Assembly: GCF_000015805.1 (NCBI RefSeq)
Contig: NC_009073.1
Location: 1,200,001 to 1,232,000 of the forward strand
From: Pyrobaculum calidifontis JCM 11548
GTDB taxonomy: Archaea; Thermoproteota; Thermoprotei; Thermoproteales; Thermoproteaceae
Reading direction: 5' to 3'
DNA: 32,000 nt
The notes below the pieces were generated by a model. It did not search any database, was not told the DNA's origin, and saw nothing but the letters and a program-made list of their open reading frames with translations. Below, one piece after another: positions 1 to 7,966 of this stretch (within the stretch, counting starts at the first letter, position 1; each line of letters starts with the position of its first letter). The position numbers and the translations under genes were made by a program.

Positions 1-375
1 AATATGTTCCTAAGATCAGAAAGAGCTAGAATGGCAAAGTTGTACTACGCCGCACCAGACCCGCTTAATCAAAAGGCATGGTTCCTTGGCCTACCAAGAG
101 AGCAGAAGGGCACAGGCTATCATATCAACGACATAGAGGTGAAGAGAAGGGCTTCGCCTATCTTTGTTGCGTGGCATTCCATCCAGCATGTATTCGGAGG
201 CGGAGGCTATATTTCCATATTTCTCTCGCAAGATTGGCCTACTCAACTTACTTGGGTAGGAGAGAGCGGTAGAAAACTAATTCAGATAAATGAACAAACG
301 CTCCGAGATGCCAAGTCGGCCTTCCTTGCTCTCTTAAACCAATTCGGGTGGAAGCCGCAGAGGGTATGGCCCTAG
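1..375 (+). CDS. 3' part of a gene running off the left edge; possibly a CRISPR-associated RAMP-like protein of the Cmr module
   Basis: The frame is open from base 1 to TAG at 373-375. It overlaps the cmr6-like ATG at 366 by 10 nt, suggesting an operon. It contains RASPIFVAW...FGGGGY, a glycine-rich stretch reminiscent of RAMP G-rich loops. The family cannot be assigned by eye. Confidence 0.35.
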   Translation, partial: NMFLRSERARMAKLYYAAPDPLNQKAWFLGLPREQKGTGYHINDIEVKRRASPIFVAWHSIQHVFGGGGYISIFLSQDWPTQLTWVGESGRKLIQINEQTLRDAKSAFLALLNQFGWKPQRVWP

Positions 376-1070
376 CCTGCCTCAGACCGGGCTACAACAT
401 CTACAGTTGCGTAGTGAGGCACATCATCAGCGCTTACGAGGGCCCCGGGTCTCCAAAGTTCACAGAACTAAGTAATCAAATTACAGTTGAGCTAAAGGAT
501 GTGAAAATTGACACGGCCCCCATCTCCGCCTACCTGATGTACCTAGAGGAGAAGCTCAAGGGAGGCTCCCTCGTGGCGCGGATAGAGGCAGAGGTGACCA
601 CCCCCCTCGTCGTCCACGTGAGAAACCCCTACATGCCCCTGGAGATAGGCCTGGCGTGGCACCCCTACTTCAACGCCCCCTACATCCCCGCCACCACCAT
701 AAAGGGAGCCCTCAGGGCGTACTCCCCGCCCCAGATCTGCGGAAGGCCGGCCGCAGAGGTCTTTGGCACAGTAGGCGACCAAGGCGCACTAATAGTGACA
801 GACGCCCTCCCCATAACCCCAGACGTGTTGGGCGCCGACGTGATAACCCCCCACTACAAAGAGCCAGACCAGGTAGAAGAACACAAGGTGAGACCGATCC
901 CCATAGTCTTCCCCGTGGTAAAGCCCGGCGCGAGATTCGCCTTCCACATAGCCTCCACAGAGCTAGAACAGCGGTGCCTCTCCGAGATATGGCCAGCCAT
1001 AGACAGAGCCTTCGCAAAAGGCATAGGAGCAAAGACAAAGATAGGCTATAGCAGACTCAAAAAACTATAA
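366..1070 (+). CDS. cmr6: Type III-B CRISPR RAMP protein Cmr6
   Basis: RAMP motif NAPYIPATTIKGALRAY. The ITPHYKEP motif and the C-terminal G-rich loop KGIGAKTKIGYSRL are typical of Cmr6. A CRISPR array lies 2.3 kb downstream. The start is uncertain (GTG 348 or ATG 366). Confidence 0.8.
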   Translation: MALACLRPGYNIYSCVVRHIISAYEGPGSPKFTELSNQITVELKDVKIDTAPISAYLMYLEEKLKGGSLVARIEAEVTTPLVVHVRNPYMPLEIGLAWHPYFNAPYIPATTIKGALRAYSPPQICGRPAAEVFGTVGDQGALIVTDALPITPDVLGADVITPHYKEPDQVEEHKVRPIPIVFPVVKPGARFAFHIASTELEQRCLSEIWPAIDRAFAKGIGAKTKIGYSRLKKL

Positions 1071-1094
1071 AAGCATTAGCGTGAGAATCAGACT

Positions 1095-1919
1095 ATGAAA
1101 CTCAAAGTGCAAAACCTTAAGCACATTACCGAGGCTGTGCTGGAAGGCGACAGAATCATCTTATATGGTCCTAATGGCGGGGGCAAGTCCACGCTGATAC
1201 ACACTGTGGCCCTAATCCTTGGGGCCGCTCTCGGAGTAAAGGCCCACGACGAAAATATTATAAACCAAGGGGACTTCCACGACGACACATACGTGAGGTT
1301 TGAAGATTTCGACGTGTTTGAGATCAGACAACGTAAGCTGTGGTGGAGGGGGAGAGCCTACCCCCTCACGGAGCCCCTTAAAGTCGCAGACTTCTCTCTA
1401 TGGCATATAACCGAGTCCTATTTCGCCATATACGGTAGAGTTCCGCAGTGCTTGGGCGACCCCATTGAGGGAGTTCCCTCGGGCGTCATAGGATACAGCT
1501 ACTTTGATATAAGAGTGCTTTGTCCAGCGGCAGCTGAAGCCTCGGAAGACCTTTTTAAAATCTACTACAATGTGGCCGAGATAGGACTCGACGGAGCGAC
1601 GACGTGGACTACGCTGTCCCGCCTCTCCTACGGCCAGAGGAGGGCCATCGTTATCCTCGCCGCCCTCGAGCTCGGCGGTTATGTCTTAATTGAAAACTTG
1701 GAGTCCGGTCTCCACCTCGATTTACTAGTGTATGTGCTTAACGCCGCCTCGGTTTCAAAGGGCAAAGTTATTGCAGAGACCCACAGCGGATTAGCCCTTA
1801 AGCTAGCTGTAAAATACGGTATACAGCCATACTACGTTGAAAGAAGCGTAGAGAAGATAACAAACTTTGACATCAAGTTATTTAAGCGTGAAGCAGAAGT
1901 TTTTTCATCCTTAATATGA
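1095..1919 (+). CDS. ABC/SMC-like (AAA_21-type) P-loop ATPase, CRISPR-adjacent
   Basis: Walker A is LYGPNGGGKSTL. The ABC-signature-like motif is LSYGQRRAIVILAAL. The Walker B region is YVLIENLESGLHLD and the H-loop is AETHS. The stop overlaps the next ORF's start (ATGA at 1916-1919). Confidence 0.75.
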   Translation: MKLKVQNLKHITEAVLEGDRIILYGPNGGGKSTLIHTVALILGAALGVKAHDENIINQGDFHDDTYVRFEDFDVFEIRQRKLWWRGRAYPLTEPLKVADFSLWHITESYFAIYGRVPQCLGDPIEGVPSGVIGYSYFDIRVLCPAAAEASEDLFKIYYNVAEIGLDGATTWTTLSRLSYGQRRAIVILAALELGGYVLIENLESGLHLDLLVYVLNAASVSKGKVIAETHSGLALKLAVKYGIQPYYVERSVEKITNFDIKLFKREAEVFSSLI

Positions 1920-2359
1920 GACTTACTACTAATATAAAAACTCTAAGAGGTCTATCCATCTATATACAAAATAAAAATGTAAACTCTCTAAAATGTAGTG
2001 ACGATTTATGCAAAGCGCCATTTACTGGCAACTGCCTTGAGTGTTGCTGTAGTCCTGACTATCCCGAGTGTAGAGATATATTTAAGTGTTGTTGTTGTGT
2101 AACAAGACGCGGCGATTATGATTTTATATGTAAAAGTAAAAATAAAATAGTAGCTATAGAAGTAAAAGACGTAGAAGAATTAGATGAATACATCGAAAAT
2201 ATTGAGAATAAAGATAAAAACAGCAGAACATATTGGAGTATAGCTGAAGTTTACATTGTCGTCTATGGTAGAGGAAAATCGAAACGAGGCAAAGAAAGGC
2301 TAAAAAAGATAGGTAAAGTAATACACTGCACGCATGGTCTCACATGTAGGATATGTTAA
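1916..2359 (+). CDS. Cysteine-rich small protein with a PD-(D/E)xK-like nuclease motif
   Basis: 147 aa with 20 Cys, including CLECCC and KCCCC runs and a C-terminal HCTHGLTCRIC. GDYDF...(12 aa)...VAIEVKD fits the D-x(n)-E-x-K motif. The ORF is very AT-rich compared with its flanks. It overlaps both neighbouring ORFs (ATGA at 1916; 7 nt at 2353-2359). Confidence 0.5.
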   Translation: MRLTTNIKTLRGLSIYIQNKNVNSLKCSDDLCKAPFTGNCLECCCSPDYPECRDIFKCCCCVTRRGDYDFICKSKNKIVAIEVKDVEELDEYIENIENKDKNSRTYWSIAEVYIVVYGRGKSKRGKERLKKIGKVIHCTHGLTCRIC

Positions 2360-2898
2360 TCGCCCTCTTGGAGAAGGGCATCTGCGGCGGAGGGTGTGGA
2401 GGGCTGGGGAAGGCCTTGGAGGTGCTGGGGGAGGGGGAGCCATACCTCGCCGAGTGCAGATACGGGGACTACTTCGCCTTCTGCCACCCCGGCGACAGGT
2501 ACGACTACCTAGTCCTCAGGTTAGACACGTCGAGGTTGGAGGGAGACCACGACCCTGAGGACTACAAGCCTTCCGCCGTGTCCAAAGATCTCGTGTTGAA
2601 GAAGCTCCTGGAGCTGAAGGACGTAGTGTGCGCCATCTGGGAGAGGCTCCGACCCCTCGTCCTAATCTTCACTACAAACCCCTACATCCAGGACTACACC
2701 CTGGGCCCCGGCATGATGCCCTGGGACGTGATAGAAGTGGCCTGGCGCCCCCAAGGCGCCGAATGTGCAAAGATCATAGACGTGCGCGAGCTCCCCGACC
2801 TCGAAATACCCTTCGTCAAAGTAAACGTGTGGGAAAAGCCCCCCACCCTCTGCATCCAAGCCGCCGAGACAGCGGAAGGCCGCCGCCCAGAGAAATAG
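2353..2898 (+). CDS. Hypothetical protein, third gene of the cmr6-proximal cassette
   Basis: 181-aa ORF with native GC-rich codon usage. Its start overlaps the previous stop. It shares a CxRxGDYxFxC motif with the preceding ORF (ECRYGDYFAFC versus CVTRRGDYDFIC). No family is recognised. Confidence 0.55.
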   Translation: MLIALLEKGICGGGCGGLGKALEVLGEGEPYLAECRYGDYFAFCHPGDRYDYLVLRLDTSRLEGDHDPEDYKPSAVSKDLVLKKLLELKDVVCAIWERLRPLVLIFTTNPYIQDYTLGPGMMPWDVIEVAWRPQGAECAKIIDVRELPDLEIPFVKVNVWEKPPTLCIQAAETAEGRRPEK

Positions 2899-3289
2899 GC
2901 TCCGCCCCTCAGGCTCTATTCCTCACGCTGGAGACGAGGGTTGCGCGAGTATGCCACCGCGTCTAACGGCTTGTGGCATAGTAAAGAAGCAACGAGGGAA
3001 GAAGACGTGAGAGAAGCCCTAAGACGCATTTTACAACAATAGACTACATAGACGTCGGCGTTTTTAAAACGTCGTGCAACTCTCCCTTGGCATTTGTCAA
3101 TATTTCAGCTCTCCCCGCCGTACGGCGTTTATATATCGTGGAGATCCAATTTAAAAAACGTCGTGCAGGAGAAAAGCGTACACCGGCGCCGAGAGTTGAA
3201 GATACGCCTTCAACTATTCCACAGTTGAAAGAGGTGGCAGACAAGCCGTAAGGGATCAATTCTAGTAAACTCAAAAGCACGCCGCACAC

Positions 3290-3350
3290 CCTCTAAAAGA
3301 CACCAAAGAAAAACTTAAAAACTAACAAAAACAAATGCCCAAGAAACCCA
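3290..3350 (+). promoter_or_regulatory. CRISPR leader with putative promoter
   Basis: An A-rich, low-complexity tract sits immediately 5' of repeat 1 (CTCTAAAAGACACCAAAGAAAAACTTAAAAACTAACAAAAACAAATG...). The TATA-like CTTAAAAAC lies about 30 nt upstream of the first repeat. Confidence 0.55.
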
Positions 3351-5855
3351 GAATCTCAAGAAGAGGATTGAAAGGTTGTACGCCGCCGAGCGGGAGCGAC
3401 GCGGTGGTTTGGTTTGAATCTCAAGAAGAGGATTGAAAGTCCTCTTGGATCAACTACCACCGTTACCACTACGACTCAGGTGCGAGAATCTCAAGAAGAG
3501 GATTGAAAGACTGTCAGCGATCCAGCTCCACCACCCGCTCCGGAGGACACGAATCTCAAGAAGAGGATTGAAAGCTCTATACGCCGTCGCCAGGATAAGC
3601 TCATTGCTTACAACAGTGAATCTCAAGAAGAGGATTGAAAGTCCAAAACCTAGACGCCCTCCTCCAGTCACCGTCGGGACTTTGGAATCTCAAGAAGAGG
3701 ATTGAAAGAATCACTCCGGACCCGCTATTAATCGTGGCGGGGTTCAACCGTCAGAATCTCAAGAAGAGGATTGAAAGATATATTGAATCAATAAGGTCCG
3801 ACGACACCCGTTCAAGCAGGGACCCGGAATCTCAAGAAGAGGATTGAAAGTGACCTCTGGGGTCTCCTCCTCTTTATCAACGTAGACCCTTTTGTGAATC
3901 TCAAGAAGAGGATTGAAAGACTCTATGCGGCCCACGAATTCCTCAGACTCAAGCGTAGGAATCTCAAGAAGAGGATTGAAAGGCCCTCACCGTGTTGATA
4001 TTGACGCTCGCATACATATTCATTGTGAATCTCAAGAAGAGGATTGAAAGACAGACCTCTTGAGGAGGTTCGAGGGGTCGCAGGTGTCCCTCGCCGAATC
4101 TCAAGAAGAGGATTGAAAGATTGGCGTTGGCGTCCCGGTGAAAATACTGCGCCACGATGGGAGGGAATCTCAAGAAGAGGATTGAAAGATAGTACTTGCC
4201 AGAGCCTAACACGACTATAGTGTTCCATATGAATCTCAAGAAGAGGATTGAAAGCATTTTTGCGGCGGCGAGCTCCTCGCCGAATAGCAAGCGGAATCTC
4301 AAGAAGAGGATTGAAAGTCTGGCGCACCAATCTCGTACACGTCCCCCACCTCATCTACGAGAATCTCAAGAAGAGGATTGAAAGTTGGGCGCCTTTACCA
4401 CGGGGGCCGCATTTATGATTACTATAGATGAATCTCAAGAAGAGGATTGAAAGTTTCCAGTGTGAAAAAATATCGGTTACTACAGTGTGAATTATGCGAA
4501 TCTCAAGAAGAGGATTGAAAGCCGCACCCGCGATAGGCACTAACCACTTCATGATGCTATGAATCTCAAGAAGAGGATTGAAAGTCCTCGCCACCTGCCT
4601 GACGACGAGGGCGCACTCCTCCGCAGCGGAATCTCAAGAAGAGGATTGAAAGTAGCTTTGGTAGCGGCAGTGTGAAGTGCCCCTCTGGGCCATCAAGAAT
4701 CTCAAGAAGAGGATTGAAAGATTTCAAAGCCACGTTTGGGTAAAACTGTATAACTCTGTCCAAGAATCTCAAGAAGAGGATTGAAAGCTCCTGGCGCAGA
4801 TGTTATTGCATTTGGCAGAGATGTGCGGAATCTCAAGAAGAGGATTGAAAGTATTGCTCCCTCAGCTCCCTAGCCAGCCTCTGCGCCCTGTCAGAATCTC
4901 AAGAAGAGGATTGAAAGAGTCCACCAGCACCGCGGTGGGCGCACGCGCGTGCGCAAGGGCCGGAATCTCAAGAAGAGGATTGAAAGTCTTTTTTGGGGGG
5001 CGTTCCTGCGCCCCCTAAACCCCCTTTGCCGAATCTCAAGAAGAGGATTGAAAGCCTACGTGGCCAATCTCGTGGCCGACCAGCTTCTCAGTCGGAATCT
5101 CAAGAAGAGGATTGAAAGCAGGCTGGCACAGAGTGGGGACCTGCCCCTCGTCCTCCTACGAATCTCAAGAAGAGGATTGAAAGTTATTACCGTGCGCCTT
5201 ATTTTGCCAATAGTGTCTTCCTCCTCGAATCTCAAGAAGAGGATTGAAAGTACGTATTTGGGCCCACACGTCTTGTGTAATCGCACGAGACCACGAATCT
5301 CAAGAAGAGGATTGAAAGCACTTTGGGCATGGGTCGCTGTGGTGCAACAGCTTTCCTCTACGAATCTCAAGAAGAGGATTGAAAGTCGCCCGCAACGCCA
5401 ACAGGCGGGTCTGCAGGCATTCGGCCCTGAATCTCAAGAAGAGGATTGAAAGTCGCGGAGAGGAATATCGTGTATAACTACGGAGAGACGCGGAATCTCA
5501 AGAAGAGGATTGAAAGATGTAGCGCGCCAGTATTCCGATTATATAGCCAGCCACGTATTGGAATCTCAAGAAGAGGATTGAAAGTGTATGAATCCCACTA
5601 TCGCATCGCTAATAGACTTAAACTCAGCCGAATCTCAAGAAGAGGATTGAAAGCAGACCGTGAGGCCGCCCCCACCGGTTAAAGGTGTTATGGAATCTCA
5701 AGAAGAGGATTGAAAGCTTTATCTCGCTCTCCCCTTTTTGCTCTACTACGTTACCCATGGGAATCTCAAGAAGATGATTGAAAGCATGGGAGACGTAAAC
5801 GCCGTTGTGTCCAACGTCTATGCAGTAAACGGAATCTCAAGAAGAGGATTGAAAG
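3351..5855 (+). CRISPR. CRISPR array, 38 repeats and 37 spacers
   Basis: The 24-nt repeat GAATCTCAAGAAGAGGATTGAAAG runs from 3351-3374 to 5832-5855. Spacers are unique and 39-49 nt long. The penultimate repeat (5761-5784) carries a G>T change (AAGATGATTG). Three things set the orientation to +: the 3' ATTGAAAG tag, the leader position, and the degenerate repeat at the distal end. Confidence 0.98.
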
Positions 5856-5995
5856 GTCTGTAGACCACGTAAAGAAGATAGATGTGCTGGTGGGGTTGGG
5901 GTGGGTCTGGTGGGGTTTTTGAGGGGCCTGTGAGTTTTCGTTTTTGTTTGTGGAGGGGGCTTTGTGGGGTGATGGGGTGGCGCCGCTGGTTTTGA

Positions 5996-6564
5996 GGGGT
6001 GGGGGGGCGCTACCTGTTTTGGGTGGTGGATGTGGAGAGGGTGGGGGAGGAGATGGCGCTTAAGCTTTTGGAGGCGCCGGGGAGGGTTCAGCTTTATGGG
6101 GGGTCGGCGTCGTTGGAGGTGGTGGAGGGGGTTTTGGAGGAGGTGTCGCCGCTTCGGCGTGGCCGTTTTGTGTCTGTGCGGTTTTTGACGCCTGCGCTTT
6201 TGCAGTATCCTAAGCCTCCGAGGGTGAGGGCGCCGTCGGTGAACGCGCTGTATCCTCAGCCGCGGCTCGTGGTGCTTAGTCTGGTGAATAGGGCGAGGGT
6301 GTATGGGGTGGAGGCTCCCCTTTCCCTGTACGTCTACGCGCCTTTTGACCTTGTGGAGTCTACCCACGCCATTAAGCCGGCGGCGGTGACGTGGGGCCTC
6401 ACAGGGCTGTGGGGTTTGTGGGGCCGGTGCTCTACAGGGTGAACGCGCCTGAGAAGAGGTGGCGGTGGCTCTCTCTGCTCCTCTCCCTGGCGAGGTACAT
6501 CGGGGGGGGGGGGCGGGCCACGTCGATGGGGTTCGGCTGGGTGGAGGTGACGCCGGTAGACTAG
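5996..6564 (+). pseudogene. cas6: cas6-like remnant, 5'-truncated and frameshifted
   Basis: The first frame (5999-6442) gives RFVSVRFLTPALL and YPQPRLVVLSLVNRA. A second frame (6376-6564) gives GFVGPVLYRV...LARYIGGGGRATSMGFGWVEVTPVD*, the Cas6 C-terminal G-rich loop. The two frames overlap at 6376-6442, implying a 1-nt indel. Only about 189 codons are present and an in-frame stop lies at 5993-5995, so the N-terminal ~1/3 of a typical Cas6 is missing. Confidence 0.6.
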
Positions 6565-6791
6565 GCGTTTAAATGTCACAGACCTCCCCGCTTGCCACAG
6601 TCTTCCGCTCGACGGACTCCGTGTCGTATTGCCTTTATGTGGACAGATTCTGCGTTGGCGGCGTGTCCCCCTTATACCATGTGTGTCTCCTGTTTGAAGT
6701 TGCCTTTGTCTCATTGCGCGGTGCTTAAGCAGGCTAGATTGTCGTTCTCCTGCTGTTTGGGCCATATGTTTAGCTTGTGTGGAGTCAGCTT

Positions 6792-7733
6792 TTAGGGTAG
6801 TGATAGAAGGGCAAGCTTTGCTAAAATTCGCTTCGTATCATCTATATGTTTGCTTGTATTTTCTTTTGAGAGGGATTTTGCTAGCCGAGCCCAAAGCGTC
6901 CTGTTTCGCATACTGGTAACTTGCTTATGTTCTGCGATGATCTTTGCCTTGTCCATGTGGCCCTCGGCGATGAGTCTTATGATTTCTACTAATTCAGACG
7001 AAGCTAGAGTGATTTCGAGTTCTAGGTCTTCTTCTGTTTCTCTAAAGAGGTTGTGTGCGTGATTAGTGCCAAGTTTTTCATTAACGTATTTTTTAAAGGC
7101 GTTTCGACTTTTTGCCGCGCGAAGCAATTTGGAACACTCCTTTTCCATAACTATTGCCATTAGAACCGACGCCGCACAGACTATGTGATCTGTCACATCA
7201 CACTTGGAAAGGTAATGGTTCCATACCTTAATGCAATTTTCTACGTCGCATTGCCCCTCTTTTAGACATTTGAGAACTATTTGGTAGTATGGATGAGAGT
7301 GCAATAGGGCATTTCTCGCTTTATAAAAGTCTTCTTTTGTGTCGGCGCCATGGAGCATCAATAGGCCTGAAACAAGGGCCCAGTTGTAAGGGTCTGAGAT
7401 TATAATTCTTTGCATTTTTCTATATTCTTCTATTGCGTTAGCTAAATTATTTTCTAATAGGTGGGCTATTATACGAGATGAGGCGAGATCACTATCAATT
7501 ACTTGTGTTTCACTTATTGTAATTTTTAACAATTCTAATGCAGTATCTTCGTACTGTGTTTTCAATAATTCTTTGGCAATTTTTTGGCATATTTCTATGA
7601 AGAATTTTATTTTTATATTTTGTAAATATCTAGTACAAAGATCTATAAATTTGCTGTGAAGTGTATTTTTGTCAAGAGAACAAATAGTGATCATCCGTGT
7701 TAGAAAGGAGAAGATACATCTAAAGAGTTCCAT
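6792..7733 (-). CDS. AT-rich alpha-helical repeat (TPR-like) protein; possibly the detached C-terminal part of the upstream NTPase
   Basis: 313-aa ORF from ATG 7733 with a helix-rich, Leu/Lys/Glu/Ile-rich sequence. The same frame stays stop-free for a further 83 codons upstream (7734-7982) and contains no ATG, GTG or TTG there. Confidence 0.6.
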   Translation of the reverse strand: MELFRCIFSFLTRMITICSLDKNTLHSKFIDLCTRYLQNIKIKFFIEICQKIAKELLKTQYEDTALELLKITISETQVIDSDLASSRIIAHLLENNLANAIEEYRKMQRIIISDPYNWALVSGLLMLHGADTKEDFYKARNALLHSHPYYQIVLKCLKEGQCDVENCIKVWNHYLSKCDVTDHIVCAASVLMAIVMEKECSKLLRAAKSRNAFKKYVNEKLGTNHAHNLFRETEEDLELEITLASSELVEIIRLIAEGHMDKAKIIAEHKQVTSMRNRTLWARLAKSLSKENTSKHIDDTKRILAKLALLSLP

Positions 7734-7966
7734 TATGGCGTCTTCTGTGTTATAAAAAGTATATTCAATATCTAAATATTCTTTTGCTTCTTCTCTTATT
7801 ATTTCATATATATATTTAGATAGTTGTTTTAAGTTTTCAACAACTAGGGATATTAGTCGGCTACATATTGGTGATTTTCTGAATAGAGATAACGGAATTT
7901 TTGTGGCTAATATGAGTGATGCTAGATTGCATTTAATACTATTATATGAATTACAAATATCGTTTA

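Noticed and set aside
3044-3289. 81-aa minus-strand ORF in the region upstream of the leader
   Set aside because: It has no recognisable motif, an odd composition and a GTG start with only a weak promoter-like context. It spans the duplicated AAAACGTCGTGCA motifs, which look regulatory rather than coding. A small gene cannot be fully excluded.
3433-5682. A dozen ORFs of 60-166 aa on both strands inside the array (recurrent NLKKRIES, ISRRGLK, ESQEED, FNPLLEI, LSILFLRF peptides)
   Set aside because: They are translations of the 24-nt CRISPR repeat in different frames, joined by spacers. They are not genes.
6502-6513. A suspected second cas6 frameshift at the poly-G tract
   Set aside because: Counting gives 12 Gs, which is four in-frame GGG codons. 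These encode the GGGG of the Cas6 G-rich loop (ARYIGGGGRATSMGFG). No shift is needed here, and only the 6376-6442 shift remains.
5837-6765. Minus-strand ORFs 5837-6367 (176 aa) and 6334-6765 (143 aa), rich in H/P/R/K
   Set aside because: They lie antisense to the cas6-like remnant in a strongly G-skewed segment. Their composition is that of shadow ORFs.
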